Shown: positions 1-9,093, counted from the first letter of the stretch. The stretch is 64,000 bases of DNA from Oscillospiraceae bacterium (GCA_963588475.1 CAVAHD010000003.1:66704-130703), one strand, 5' to 3'. Program-made: numbers and translations. Notes: generated from the sequence alone by a model not told the origin.

Positions 1-23
1 GGTTTAGTTCTTCGTATTGTTTG

Positions 24-893
24 TTATCTACCTTGCTTCCCATGCGCTTGTTGTAGTAAGAGATTAATACCCTTTCGGGCTTGTTTGGCTTCCGCTATCT
101 CCCGGATGGTTGCGTCCGTGACCTCTTTAGGCAGCTCGAAGTCAGCAGCCCGAGCTTCCGCCTTCTGTTTGTTAAGCTTGTTCGCTCCCATCGATGCCAG
201 CAGAGCCTCGTAGGCTCGCTTAGAGGACTCCGGTATCGGCACGGCAGTACGCGCCCATTCCTCACGTTCGCGCACCTCACGTTCATTCCTCATCTGCTGG
301 TGTACTTCTATCCGTCTTTGGTATAGCTCATCCAAGAAGTTCGAGAATGATGCCGTGACCACCTGCGGATTGGCGTGCTCGTAACCCATGAAGCGTTGGT
401 ACCGCCCTTGTCTGAACCGCGTGAAGAATACCATCAGTTCCGCCATCGTGACGTGCATGTTCATGTCCACGCACATACTGCGTAGTGTCTGTGCAAGTGC
501 CGTCTTTTGGCCCTCACTCACCTTGTCACGCAGCCCCACAAAGGAGAACACTTCTGTCAGTTGTATCTTAAGCCACACAACAGAAAGAGTCTGCCCATCG
601 TCCGACCAAACCCTATCCACTTCTTGCAATGACGGAGCGTTGGAGCGGATAGCCTTTTCCAAGGTAGGGTACAGGCGCTCCCGATTCCGCGTTGGGAAAT
701 GCTTGCATACATCCGGATAGAACCTGTCCCCGTACCTCTTGATTAGGCAGTCCACGCGTTGGCGGTCAGTCAACGCCAGCGAACAGATTGCGTCCCGACG
801 CTTCAAGATACTTGCGCTCTTGCTCATCTGTCTCAACTGCACGTCCGTTGTTTGTGGTGCAGCCGCTTGTAATTGCTTGTTGTCTTCTATCAT
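24..893 (-). CDS. hypothetical phage protein
   Basis: 289-aa ORF in line with the phage operon. No family recognised by eye. Start uncertain because it overlaps 766..1257 by 128 nt. Confidence 0.55.
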   Translation of the reverse strand: MIEDNKQLQAAAPQTTDVQLRQMSKSASILKRRDAICSLALTDRQRVDCLIKRYGDRFYPDVCKHFPTRNRERLYPTLEKAIRSNAPSLQEVDRVWSDDGQTLSVVWLKIQLTEVFSFVGLRDKVSEGQKTALAQTLRSMCVDMNMHVTMAELMVFFTRFRQGRYQRFMGYEHANPQVVTASFSNFLDELYQRRIEVHQQMRNEREVREREEWARTAVPIPESSKRAYEALLASMGANKLNKQKAEARAADFELPKEVTDATIREIAEAKQARKGINLLLQQAHGKQGR

Positions 894-1257
894 TGCTGTA
901 TATTAATTCATCGTTCCAACTCTGGTTTCGTAGAAAGGTCTCGGGGTTCTTGCGGTACTTCTTGTCGGGTTGCGCCGCCTTGTACTTCGGGATGTACGCA
1001 AGGCATTCCGCCTTGTCGTGTCCGCTCAGCTTCGCCCACAGCTTCATTGCCTTGGGCTTGCCCACCTTCTTGTCGTAGGCATCCCAAAACTCTTCAAACT
1101 GCGGTGGTATCACCTCTGCCGGGCAGTCCGTGACGAATGAGCCTGGCTCTATCCCGGTAAAGCTCGCATAGGCTATCGCACCTTTGCAGAACGCCTCTCT
1201 GAGGTTTGCGTCCTGAATCTCTGAGGCTTGTTGCCGTATCTCTAAGGGTAGCATCAT
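766..1257 (-). CDS. phage protein with conserved FW-x2-Y-x-KK-x-GK motif (function unknown)
   Basis: 163-aa ORF containing FEEFWDAYDKKVGKPKAMKLW...FLRNQSWNDE. I recall this motif from proteins in phage replication regions. Confidence 0.6.
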   Translation of the reverse strand: MMLPLEIRQQASEIQDANLREAFCKGAIAYASFTGIEPGSFVTDCPAEVIPPQFEEFWDAYDKKVGKPKAMKLWAKLSGHDKAECLAYIPKYKAAQPDKKYRKNPETFLRNQSWNDELIYSNDRRQQAITSGCTTNNGRAVETDEQERKYLEASGRNLFAGVD

Positions 1258-1271
1258 ATTACTTATAGGTG

Positions 1272-1466
1272 TTATTGGTTAATCACTCTCGGCTTTAGGT
1301 TTGCCGAATAGTCGGGACAACGGAAGGGTGTCACTGCGACACGCCTTCCGCCATCCTTCTTGCACAGCGAGATAATAGGCTCGTCAGTACGGTACCGCTC
1401 CAAACAAGCGTGCGAACAGTCGTAGCATCTTATCACGCCTTGATTGTCTGGCTTCTTCATCATCAA
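1272..1466 (-). CDS. small Cys-rich phage protein
   Basis: 64-aa ORF with an ATGA overlap onto the upstream gene. Five Cys residues (CYDCSHAC..C..C) suggest a zinc-binding module. Confidence 0.55.
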   Translation of the reverse strand: MMMKKPDNQGVIRCYDCSHACLERYRTDEPIISLCKKDGGRRVAVTPFRCPDYSANLKPRVINQ

Positions 1467-1870
1467 AAGGGCAAGTTTTCACTCTGCGCGGTTGCCGCAA
1501 CAGGTGGTTGCTGAGGGTACACTGGTTGCTGCGGAGTAACCACTGGCGCACTTTGAGGTGCTGCTTGCTGAGGTGGCGCAGCATAGGTCTGCTGAGGCTG
1601 TGCAGCCGTTGCAGGCTCTACTCTGTAAGCCGAGAGGTCGTTGTACCACTTACCATTGTACTCGCGTGACTTCACGTCGAAGCAGACACGCACCCGTGTT
1701 CCCACTGGGATGTTGTCAACCAGTCCAATGTTGCGTCCGTAGAGGTCAAACGCTACGTCCTTGGGATATGCACCGTCCTCATGTACGATAATAAATCTCT
1801 TCTGAGCACCGTTGTTGCCGATGTTCTGCGCAGGAGTAATCTGCGTCAATGTTCCTGTAAATTCCAACAT
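1463..1870 (-). CDS. OB-fold-like protein (resembles DUF3127) with SSB-type C-terminal tip
   Basis: 135-aa ORF with a globular N-terminal domain, a Q/P/A-rich linker and a C-terminus SENLPF. The tip resembles the SSB interaction tail. Confidence 0.7.
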   Translation of the reverse strand: MLEFTGTLTQITPAQNIGNNGAQKRFIIVHEDGAYPKDVAFDLYGRNIGLVDNIPVGTRVRVCFDVKSREYNGKWYNDLSAYRVEPATAAQPQQTYAAPPQQAAPQSAPVVTPQQPVYPQQPPVAATAQSENLPF

Positions 1871-1883
1871 GATTTTGCTTGAT

Positions 1884-2279
1884 TTAGTATTCGGGTCTTA
1901 TTAGTTTGCCTTGCTTCAGCTTGTCGCAGTAAATTTGGGACTTTGCCCACCATCCGTCGTTGTCGAATGGGAAGATGTAACCTCTATTCCGCCATGCACG
2001 CAGTAAGTCCTTATAGTTACCTCTGAGATTGGCGGCTTCATAAGCTCTTTTCATCTCCTCCTCCGAGAAATGGGCAGGAAGCTCCTCCAGTATGGACTTG
2101 CTTCCTCTCTTCCTTAGAGGGTGGGTTGGTTTGCCGTTTCTATCCAGCAGCTTAATCTCTTTCTGCGGCGGCTCATACTCCGCAAGCCGCTTCTCGAGGA
2201 AGGCAATGCGGTTCTTCAGTGCCGTCAGCTCGTCAAGGCTGATAGTAACCTTAATTCTTCTGACTGATGTGGTACTCAT
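1884..2279 (-). CDS. hypothetical phage protein
   Basis: ORF 1884..2360 trimmed to the Met at 2279 (MSTTSVRR...). It overlaps the upstream stop by 29 nt. Confidence 0.5.
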   Translation of the reverse strand: MSTTSVRRIKVTISLDELTALKNRIAFLEKRLAEYEPPQKEIKLLDRNGKPTHPLRKRGSKSILEELPAHFSEEEMKRAYEAANLRGNYKDLLRAWRNRGYIFPFDNDGWWAKSQIYCDKLKQGKLIRPEY

Positions 2280-2721
2280 TTGCGCCCTTCTTCTTAGGTG
2301 CTGTAACTCGAAGACCGATGCCGTCCTTCTCTTCTTTGATTTCCACTCGGATGCCGTCAAGGTCGATGCCTTCTACCTTGCCCAGATAGGCACGGGCAAT
2401 ACGCTTCGCCATACGGTGCAGCTTCCCGGCGTTAATCTTGCGTTCCTCCGCTTTGGCGAGGTCTATCTCTATGCGGATAAACCGATAGAGCGCATCGTCC
2501 AGTCTCTTCCATGCCTCGTCGTACGCAGCTCGGTCTACCTCGTCCGCTGGGCGTTTCGCTGCATTATTGCCCATACGACAAATTTTGTGCAGCTCGTCTA
2601 CCACTGGGAGAACGTCTTCGACAGTGGCGGTGTTGTACTTCTTGGTGAGCAAGTCGGCGATGTCTTTGAAAATCGCGATTGTCGTTTCACTCAGTTCCTT
2701 TGGGTTGTTGTTCTTGTTCAT
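2251..2721 (-). CDS. hypothetical phage protein
   Basis: 156-aa ORF with ordinary composition. No family recognised. Confidence 0.6.
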   Translation of the reverse strand: MNKNNNPKELSETTIAIFKDIADLLTKKYNTATVEDVLPVVDELHKICRMGNNAAKRPADEVDRAAYDEAWKRLDDALYRFIRIEIDLAKAEERKINAGKLHRMAKRIARAYLGKVEGIDLDGIRVEIKEEKDGIGLRVTAPKKKGANEYHISQKN

Positions 2722-2753
2722 TTTGATTTGTTGTTTGTTGATTAATTAATTGA

Positions 2754-3449
2754 TTATTCACCTTCCATGACAATCAGTCCGTGCCGTCTTGCCGTTGCTT
2801 CCCTTTGCTCAGAGCGTCGTGTCCGCGCGTCGTAGCATACCCAGTCGGGATGGCCTGGGTCAGCAAAATAGCCGTTTTGTTTAATCATCACGTGCTTCTG
2901 CGAGGATGCTCTGTGTGACAGAGGGACGAACGGCAGATGCAACTTGGTTTTCTGTTCCATGCCGTACTTTATGCGCAGACGGTCTTTACGGATTGATTCG
3001 TTTCGCTTTTCTGTCCTTTTCATCACACCACGCTTGTATTTGCGTGGGTTGGTTTCCTTTAGACGTGCCCATGGGCGGAATCCCTCCGCAAACCGCTTGC
3101 GTGTAGCTTCGATGGCTGCCTCACTCGGTGCACGCCCTCGCAAGGAGTCGTAGTATCCGTTCTTCTCGCATATCTTCTTTACATCCTTGGCCAGCTGCTT
3201 ACGGATGGCGGTCATGTCCTTCTTCAGCCCCAGCTCGCGCTTGAGGCGTTCGCAGGTGGAATGGGAGAGACCAAACCATTGCATCAGCCGTCGGTTGGAG
3301 TTCTTCGGAAATAGCTTGATAAACTTGTCCTTCAGCTCACCTTCAAGGTAGTATTCCATTTTCCCGTTTTTGGCGTTAAGGCGCATTGGTATCTGCCACT
3401 TCGCCTTGCCAGTAGGCTTGCTCGGTGTCTTAGTGTCGCGAAAACTCAT
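2754..3449 (-). CDS. hypothetical basic phage protein
   Basis: ORF 2754..3680 trimmed to MSFRDTK.... Its ATG (3447-3449) overlaps the upstream stop (3449-3451). The product is Lys/Arg-rich. Confidence 0.6.
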   Translation of the reverse strand: MSFRDTKTPSKPTGKAKWQIPMRLNAKNGKMEYYLEGELKDKFIKLFPKNSNRRLMQWFGLSHSTCERLKRELGLKKDMTAIRKQLAKDVKKICEKNGYYDSLRGRAPSEAAIEATRKRFAEGFRPWARLKETNPRKYKRGVMKRTEKRNESIRKDRLRIKYGMEQKTKLHLPFVPLSHRASSQKHVMIKQNGYFADPGHPDWVCYDARTRRSEQREATARRHGLIVMEGE

Positions 3450-3778
3450 TACTCCTCCTTTGTCTTGTCCGCCAGCATGGTGTGTCGGCACTCCATGAGC
3501 CATGAACGGAGGTTGATAGTACCTTCGGTGTCGCGGTGTTCTATGTTGGCATCGCGCCACTCTGCGTATTGCTCGTACGTCATGCCATTCTCGAGGATGC
3601 GCACCATGTCCTCGGGAACGAGAAAGTCCGTGTCGTTGAAGTCGCAAAGACCGCCTACGTCGTTCCCTACCCAGTACCATCGGCGTGAGCCCTCAAAGAG
3701 ATACTGGTTAATCTCTTCTGCAAGGGCATTGCACGCTGCGTGGTAGGCTTCTACTACTTTTGTTTGTCTCTTATTCAT
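3449..3778 (-). CDS. hypothetical phage protein
   Basis: 109-aa ORF, overlapped at both ends by neighbouring genes as expected for translational coupling. Confidence 0.6.
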   Translation of the reverse strand: MNKRQTKVVEAYHAACNALAEEINQYLFEGSRRWYWVGNDVGGLCDFNDTDFLVPEDMVRILENGMTYEQYAEWRDANIEHRDTEGTINLRSWLMECRHTMLADKTKEE

Positions 3779-4196
3779 GCTCTATAACGTCAATAATCTT
3801 TGTCTCGGTCAGTCCAGCAACGGTGTAGTCCGTCATTCCTCTGCCCAGAGTTTCGGTGATGACGTGCAGCGCCGTGTTGATGTCCTTAGCCTGCACGATG
3901 TACGTGGCGGAAGAAAACTTCTCCTTGCCGCTCTTCTCGTCCAGTGTGATGTACTTCACTTTTGCGCTCCACCACTTGTCGTCGCCCGGATGGAACAGAA
4001 TATCGGATGCGCTGCACTTCTTTGTTGCGCTGACTTCGAGGTCTGTCGCCCCGTAGTCCATCATCGCTTCCGTGACGCGCTCTTCGGCCTCGGTGCATGA
4101 CATTGCGTCTACGAGGTACTGTTCTGTTACTTCCTTCTGTGCGCCATCCTCTGTTATTCGGGAATAACGCACCTTACATTCATAATAAGTTGCCAT
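3771..4196 (-). CDS. DUF4494-like protein
   Basis: 141 aa. YECKVRY...TEQYLVDAMSCTEAEERV...DKWWSAKVKYITLDEKSGKEK matches my memory of the Bacteroidetes DUF4494 pattern. Confidence 0.6.
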   Translation of the reverse strand: MATYYECKVRYSRITEDGAQKEVTEQYLVDAMSCTEAEERVTEAMMDYGATDLEVSATKKCSASDILFHPGDDKWWSAKVKYITLDEKSGKEKFSSATYIVQAKDINTALHVITETLGRGMTDYTVAGLTETKIIDVIEHE

Positions 4197-4216
4197 TGTC
4201 TTTTGTTTTTATTTGG

Positions 4217-4867
4217 TTAGGGTTGTATCTGTTTGCTGAATTCACCCAAGTCTATTGTCCGCGACATCAAGTCCCCTGTTACCAGTGAGTCATCGAACTC
4301 TGCTCCTTCTGCATAGCAACGAAGCACCATGTCGTAAACTGACTTTATCTCGTCGCGGTCGTACTTCTCGTAAGGGACAAAACTTATTGTGCCACTTTGT
4401 ATGTTCTCGGGCTGGGCAACAGTAACTATCTCTATACCGCACGGATGGAACACCATGGCATACTCACCGAAACCCACAACATTGTCACGACAACACACAT
4501 AAGCCTCGGCAATGTCTTTTGCCATCTGGGCTTCCGTTGCCTTGTTGCAGTGTCCATATATTGATGCGAAATAGGGCTTAACAAAAGTAGGCATGAAGCG
4601 ATACTGCGTATAGACCAAGTTCCATCCTCCTGCCTTATCTCTCAGCAACACGTCGCCGAATGTCCCCTTCTCTTTGTCTTCGGGGGTATGCACTGCCATT
4701 ATGTACGCTGAGCCAAGAGGGGTGTTGCACGAGAAAGCTACGTCCACCTCTCTCTCGGTAACTTCTCGCGGTTGCTTCATTCGCTCGAGCTGACTGGTAA
4801 TTCTGCCTAAAGGGTCACCTTCAACGAAGTTGAATACGCCCTTTGCCTTTTTGAGCAATATATTCAT
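4217..4867 (-). CDS. hypothetical phage protein, paralog of 4869..5735
   Basis: 216 aa. Shares EVDVAF...GDVLLRDKAGGW...YRFMPTFVKPYFASIYG...ISFVPYEKYDR..VYDMVLRCYA with the upstream gene. Confidence 0.65.
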   Translation of the reverse strand: MNILLKKAKGVFNFVEGDPLGRITSQLERMKQPREVTEREVDVAFSCNTPLGSAYIMAVHTPEDKEKGTFGDVLLRDKAGGWNLVYTQYRFMPTFVKPYFASIYGHCNKATEAQMAKDIAEAYVCCRDNVVGFGEYAMVFHPCGIEIVTVAQPENIQSGTISFVPYEKYDRDEIKSVYDMVLRCYAEGAEFDDSLVTGDLMSRTIDLGEFSKQIQP

Positions 4868-4868
4868 T

Positions 4869-5735
4869 TTAATTCCTGTTTATATTACGCGATAATCCGT
4901 TATTCTTCGCTATGTTGCAAATCTTGGTGATACTCGTCCCCAGTTCATTAGCAATCTGGCGGTAGGACTTGTTGGGACTCATCCTTAGTTCTTTGATTAT
5001 TTCCGCCTCGAGTTGCGCCCTTTTGCGACTTGTCAGTGTCCCATGTTCCGCAACGTGCCGTTTGAGGCTGGCAATCTGCCGCTTTAGCTCGATTACGTCA
5101 TCTTTTTTACTGGCTTCTTCTACTTCCGACGAAACCAAAGCCAATGCCGATTCCACAAACGATGGCGGAATCTTACCAGTGTCGAAGGCTTCGCCTGTCG
5201 CGTATCTGCGTAGTACCATTGCGTAGACCTCTTTAGCTGTATTGCGGTCAAACTTCTCGTACGGGACGAAAGCCGTAGATTCTCTTTGTATGTTCAATTC
5301 CACACGTGTTATCTCGACTCCGCCAGCAAGAAAATTAATCGCTGACGAACCTAAACCACCAGTCTCCTTGGGCATCCACAGGAGACACGCAAGTTCGTAG
5401 GCTATTTGTAGCCCTGCCGCCAATTCAAAACGTCCGTAAATGGATGCAATGTAGGCTTCGACGAAATGCGGAGAGAAACGATACTTACACCCCGTCATCT
5501 CCCATACGCCAGTCTTATTCCTCACCAATACATCCCCACTCGCATCTATACCCGGAAGGTGCGCTACCACCAGGTATACAGACCCCGAAGCGTTGCGGTA
5601 ACCGAACTCCACGTCCACTTCCGCCTTTGTCGTCTTTCGCTCCAACATTCGGTCAAACTGCTTTATTGCCTTTTGACCTTGGTGTGACATTACGTCAATA
5701 GTCTCCATTAGTTGTCTAGATGATTGGCTTATCAT
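4869..5735 (-). CDS. hypothetical phage protein with C-terminal HTH, paralog of 4217..4867
   Basis: 288 aa. The N-terminal 200 aa align to 4217..4867. It adds a coiled coil and an HTH-like tail (SYRQIANELGTSITKICNIAKNNG). Confidence 0.65.
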   Translation of the reverse strand: MISQSSRQLMETIDVMSHQGQKAIKQFDRMLERKTTKAEVDVEFGYRNASGSVYLVVAHLPGIDASGDVLVRNKTGVWEMTGCKYRFSPHFVEAYIASIYGRFELAAGLQIAYELACLLWMPKETGGLGSSAINFLAGGVEITRVELNIQRESTAFVPYEKFDRNTAKEVYAMVLRRYATGEAFDTGKIPPSFVESALALVSSEVEEASKKDDVIELKRQIASLKRHVAEHGTLTSRKRAQLEAEIIKELRMSPNKSYRQIANELGTSITKICNIAKNNGLSRNINRN

Positions 5736-5741
5736 ACGCGC

Positions 5742-6728
5742 TTATTGGTTATGTTCCACAATCAGACCGTATCTGTTCAGCACTGGCTCCAGTCCTTTAA
5801 GTACTCCGTTACCCAGCAGCGGAACTGCCATCAGAATGCTTCGAGGTATCACCCTCTTGCGCGGCAGTTGCTCCTTTTGCGCCTCCTCGTCGAGGAGTCT
5901 CTTGCACGCTTCGAGCTCCCGGTCGGCAGCATCACGCTCGTCCAGTGCCTTCTTGTACTTGGCGTTAAGGATGTCGTATTCCTTCTGAGCCTCCTCGCTC
6001 TTCGTTCTCAGCTCGGAGATGTAGTTGTTCTGCTTCTGCAAGGTGGCGGTGGTGTTCTCGGCTCGCGCTTCCATGTCCTTAATGCGCTTCGCCTGCTCTT
6101 GTATCTTGGCGCGCAAGGAGTCGGAGTCCGCAGCGGAATAGATGAAGTCTGTCAGCTTTTCCATGTTCTTGGTGAGGTTGGCATACATGGCCTTGGTCGC
6201 GTCCATTAGCTTCATTGCTTCGTCGGCATCCATCAGTACGTCCGGCGTTGGCTGCTCTTTCTCTGCTTCCGGCTTCGCTTCCTCTTGATGCTTGTCCTTG
6301 GCTTGGTCCTCCTCTATCTTCCCGATTGCGGAAGGCATATCTTCGAGCATATCGTAGTAGTTGCTCTCGTGCGCATCCAGTGCCAGTCTTCCCTCGTACA
6401 CGTTCCATAGGCCATTGTCCATGAGGTAATAGATAGCTTGCAGCACCGTGCGCTCGCCATGCACGAGGGAGTAGGCGTTGAGCTTAGTCACCCACCTGTT
6501 ATCTACTACATCCTTCAGCCATTCCTTGTAGACGATAGTCATTAATTGCTTCTTCTTCTCCTCCTCGGCGTAACAGGATGCAATACGCGGGATAACGTAA
6601 AGCGGCTCCGTCTTAGTAAGGAAATTGTCGAAGTTGATGCCCAGCACTTGACGGACAACATTGCTGACGTTCTTGTACTCGTACTTCTTCAGTAGTCCCC
6701 GAAGGATATTCTGTTGTTTATTGTTCAT
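5742..6728 (-). CDS. coiled-coil phage protein
   Basis: ORF 5742..6782 trimmed to MNNKQQ.... That ATG is overlapped by the stop of a coupled 52-codon ORF. The central segment is a long E/K-rich coiled coil. Confidence 0.6.
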   Translation of the reverse strand: MNNKQQNILRGLLKKYEYKNVSNVVRQVLGINFDNFLTKTEPLYVIPRIASCYAEEEKKKQLMTIVYKEWLKDVVDNRWVTKLNAYSLVHGERTVLQAIYYLMDNGLWNVYEGRLALDAHESNYYDMLEDMPSAIGKIEEDQAKDKHQEEAKPEAEKEQPTPDVLMDADEAMKLMDATKAMYANLTKNMEKLTDFIYSAADSDSLRAKIQEQAKRIKDMEARAENTTATLQKQNNYISELRTKSEEAQKEYDILNAKYKKALDERDAADRELEACKRLLDEEAQKEQLPRKRVIPRSILMAVPLLGNGVLKGLEPVLNRYGLIVEHNQ

Positions 6729-6876
6729 AGGTTTTTGGTTTTTGTTTGGTTTTAAGTTTTTCGTGCAGTTTAATCGCTTCATCTATGCGTCTGTCCTTGC
6801 CCAGTTTCTTCAGCCAGTAGGAAGGGAGCTTGTCTAACGGACGGCTTGCTATCTTCTTAGCTAATCTTGCTTTCAT
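6718..6876 (-). CDS. small basic phage protein (52 aa)
   Basis: Below the ORF-track cutoff. Its ATG forms an ATGA overlap with the stop of 6873..7103, and its stop overlaps the start of the next gene. Confidence 0.4.
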   Translation of the reverse strand: MKARLAKKIASRPLDKLPSYWLKKLGKDRRIDEAIKLHEKLKTKQKPKTYEQ

Positions 6877-7103
6877 TGTTTTGTCAGTTCCTGTTTGATT
6901 TCTTCACTTGTAAAATTCGCCTCCAGCTGGGCGAGTGCGGCGCAAGCGTTAATCTCGCAGTCCACCTCGTCACGCACCCGACGGAGCAGCTCCAGCTCGT
7001 AGTTCCGCGCCTTGCGACGGGCGATGCTCTGGATAGCCGCACGCAGTACCTTGACTGCCTGCGCTATCTCTGCGTCTTCTTGCTTACGTTCTTTGGCAGT
7101 CAT
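6873..7103 (-). CDS. hypothetical small phage protein
   Basis: 76-aa helical ORF that overlaps the stop of the upstream gene by 4 nt. Confidence 0.5.
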   Translation of the reverse strand: MTAKERKQEDAEIAQAVKVLRAAIQSIARRKARNYELELLRRVRDEVDCEINACAALAQLEANFTSEEIKQELTKQ

Positions 7104-7465
7104 TGTGCACCTCCTTCTTGCGGAATGAGGTCGTCAATATAGCACCAGCGGCGGATTATCCTTAGTGGGTTGATAGGCTTGTAGCCGTTTTTCTTCCATT
7201 GAAGTCTTTCGGCTGCGTTGCTCGTGCAGAAATGAACTGGAGGATTTCTTACCGCGTTTGGAACGCACACATACAGGATTTCTCTGTCGAGGTCGGGTTC
7301 CTCGCTTGCATCATGCCACAAGTCCTTTAAGAACTCTTTTATTGCCCAGTCGACACCTGCCTCGAAGCCGTCCATACAAGCGAGCTGCTCCCACCTATCC
7401 TGACTCTTCCATGTTGCCTTGGCGTGCGCTACGGATGCCTTGCCTATCTTTTTCTTGTCTATCAT
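7100..7465 (-). CDS. hypothetical phage protein
   Basis: 121-aa ORF in the operon. No family recognised. Confidence 0.6.
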   Translation of the reverse strand: MIDKKKIGKASVAHAKATWKSQDRWEQLACMDGFEAGVDWAIKEFLKDLWHDASEEPDLDREILYVCVPNAVRNPPVHFCTSNAAERLQWKKNGYKPINPLRIIRRWCYIDDLIPQEGGAQ

Positions 7466-7468
7466 AGC

Positions 7469-7660
7469 TCATACCTTCTGTTTGGTTATGCGCCCATTAG
7501 GGTGCAGATAATACACATATCCGTTGCCAGGGTACATAAGTTCCCAAGCACTGCCTTTTTGCAACGCCTCCAAGCACCTACCTATGCCATAGCGTGCATA
7601 AGCTCGCTTAGGACTGCGATTCCATTGGCGCAATATCTTCTTCGCGATACGTCTGTTCAT
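7469..7660 (-). CDS. hypothetical small phage protein
   Basis: 63-aa ORF tightly packed between its neighbours. Confidence 0.5.
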   Translation of the reverse strand: MNRRIAKKILRQWNRSPKRAYARYGIGRCLEALQKGSAWELMYPGNGYVYYLHPNGRITKQKV

Positions 7661-7663
7661 TGC

Positions 7664-8047
7664 TTATTCCTCCTTCACTCCTAATACTGAACCATCGGCA
7701 AAGGTGTAGTACTGTAATAAGTCTTTCATTAGAAAAGGCATCGATGAAATGTTCACATGGTCCACTTCTCCGCCCAAAAACGTAATCATTTCATGCTCCA
7801 TCGTTGACTTGTGCGTAAGCCACCCGAATGGCTGGTGCTTCAGCATCTCCTGCCAACACTCCTCAGCATTGCAGAATGGGCGGTACTTTGGCTCGGGCTT
7901 GACGCGGTAGTCAAAGCTGTCCCAGTTAAACAGAGGCTCTACTGAAGGATTGTAGTCTGTTTCATCCGGGGCCTTGAATTCAATCTCTTTTCCTTCTGCA
8001 TAGGCTAGCATCACTTCTGCCGCCTTGCGTGCTTCATCACGATTCAT
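7664..8047 (-). CDS. hypothetical phage protein
   Basis: ORF 7664..8143 trimmed to MNRDEARKAA.... This start lies 5 nt downstream of the HNH gene stop. Confidence 0.55.
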   Translation of the reverse strand: MNRDEARKAAEVMLAYAEGKEIEFKAPDETDYNPSVEPLFNWDSFDYRVKPEPKYRPFCNAEECWQEMLKHQPFGWLTHKSTMEHEMITFLGGEVDHVNISSMPFLMKDLLQYYTFADGSVLGVKEE

Positions 8048-8051
8048 CTTT

Positions 8052-8639
8052 TTATTTTTCGTCAATTGGTTTATAACTCCATTTATACCCGTAAGCAGTA
8101 TGTCTATACTTCCCGCCTCGGCAACATTTTGATATGTTTGCATACGAAACGTGTTGTTTTCTCGTTACGCTCATTAGTGAAGGCCATACCTTTATCAAAT
8201 TGCCTTCCAAATCATATTGATATACTTCCTTTTCACAACCATGAGAATTATTTTTATTTCGAGTATCTATTTTTGTTCTCATTGAATTGTTATAGGTTGT
8301 ATTATATGAATAAGTACACCACTCCAAATTGCCAACGTTGTTGTTCAATTTGTTTTCATCCTTGTGATTAACAACTGGATATTCATGAGGATTTGCAATA
8401 AATGTTTCAGCCACTAGTCTATGAATCCTTACCAATTTGATAAGTTCCCTGTTGCGCAGACAAACGAAAGCATATCCGTTAGGGTTCACACCTGCCTTTA
8501 ATGTCCTGCCTTTCAAGAAATAGGGGGCACTATTGCATCTCGGAATCATTCTATCAAGCGAGCGAACTTTTCCAAAATTACTTACTTGGTAAACCCCTTC
8601 AAATCCAGTAATATCTTGCCAGATTTCTTCTCTTGTCAT
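8052..8639 (-). CDS. HNH homing endonuclease (NUMOD4 + HNH_3 type)
   Basis: EIWQDITGFEGVYQVSNFGKVRSL (NUMOD4-like) followed by HRLVAETFIANP...VNHKDENKLNNNVGNLEW (HNH). The gene is visibly AT-rich relative to its neighbours. Confidence 0.85.
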   Translation of the reverse strand: MTREEIWQDITGFEGVYQVSNFGKVRSLDRMIPRCNSAPYFLKGRTLKAGVNPNGYAFVCLRNRELIKLVRIHRLVAETFIANPHEYPVVNHKDENKLNNNVGNLEWCTYSYNTTYNNSMRTKIDTRNKNNSHGCEKEVYQYDLEGNLIKVWPSLMSVTRKQHVSYANISKCCRGGKYRHTAYGYKWSYKPIDEK

Positions 8640-8699
8640 AGTCTTCTTGTTTTGTTTGGTTTTTGTTGTTTCTTTGCCCCACCTGTGGTGGGGGATTAG

Positions 8700-8903
8700 T
8701 TAAATCAAACCCATATCTACCAAGCGTTCTTCCAATGCCACAAAGTACGCTTCCATACCATACAATTGCTTATCCATCAACTTGTACTGACGGTATCCTA
8801 CTTTCTCACTGATTTCATCATCATTCAAAACATCGGCCAACTTAGACATACGCTCTTTTAGCTCATTGTACTCATCGAGCAATCTTTTCTGATAATCTTC
8901 CAT
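8700..8903 (-). CDS. hypothetical small helical phage protein
   Basis: 67-aa ORF, predicted to be all-helical. Confidence 0.55.
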   Translation of the reverse strand: MEDYQKRLLDEYNELKERMSKLADVLNDDEISEKVGYRQYKLMDKQLYGMEAYFVALEERLVDMGLI

Positions 8904-8922
8904 ACTATTACTATTTTGTTTG

Positions 8923-9075
8923 TTAATCGGTTACTTCTATTGAGTCCCAATCTGGGCAACCTAAGAGAGTTTTGTCTTCTCCCGTATTCAATTCCAACCA
9001 ACCTTCGAGTTGGTCTTTAACGCACCCCCTATCTTCATCATCAGCCTCAATAAAAACCGTAAATTTATGCTTCAT
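8923..9075 (-). CDS. possible 50-aa acidic ORF
   Basis: Hand translation gives MKHKFTVFIEADDEDRGCVKDQLEGWLELNTGEDKTLLGCPDWDSIEVTD. It fills the gap between two genes. Confidence 0.3.
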   Translation of the reverse strand: MKHKFTVFIEADDEDRGCVKDQLEGWLELNTGEDKTLLGCPDWDSIEVTD

Positions 9076-9093
9076 ACTGTTGCTATTATATAG

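Noticed and set aside
2754-3680. 308-aa version of this ORF with a 77-aa Arg/His-rich N-terminus
   Set aside because: The extension overlaps the whole of gene 3449..3778 in another frame and has junk-like composition. The Met at 3449 is coupled to the upstream stop.
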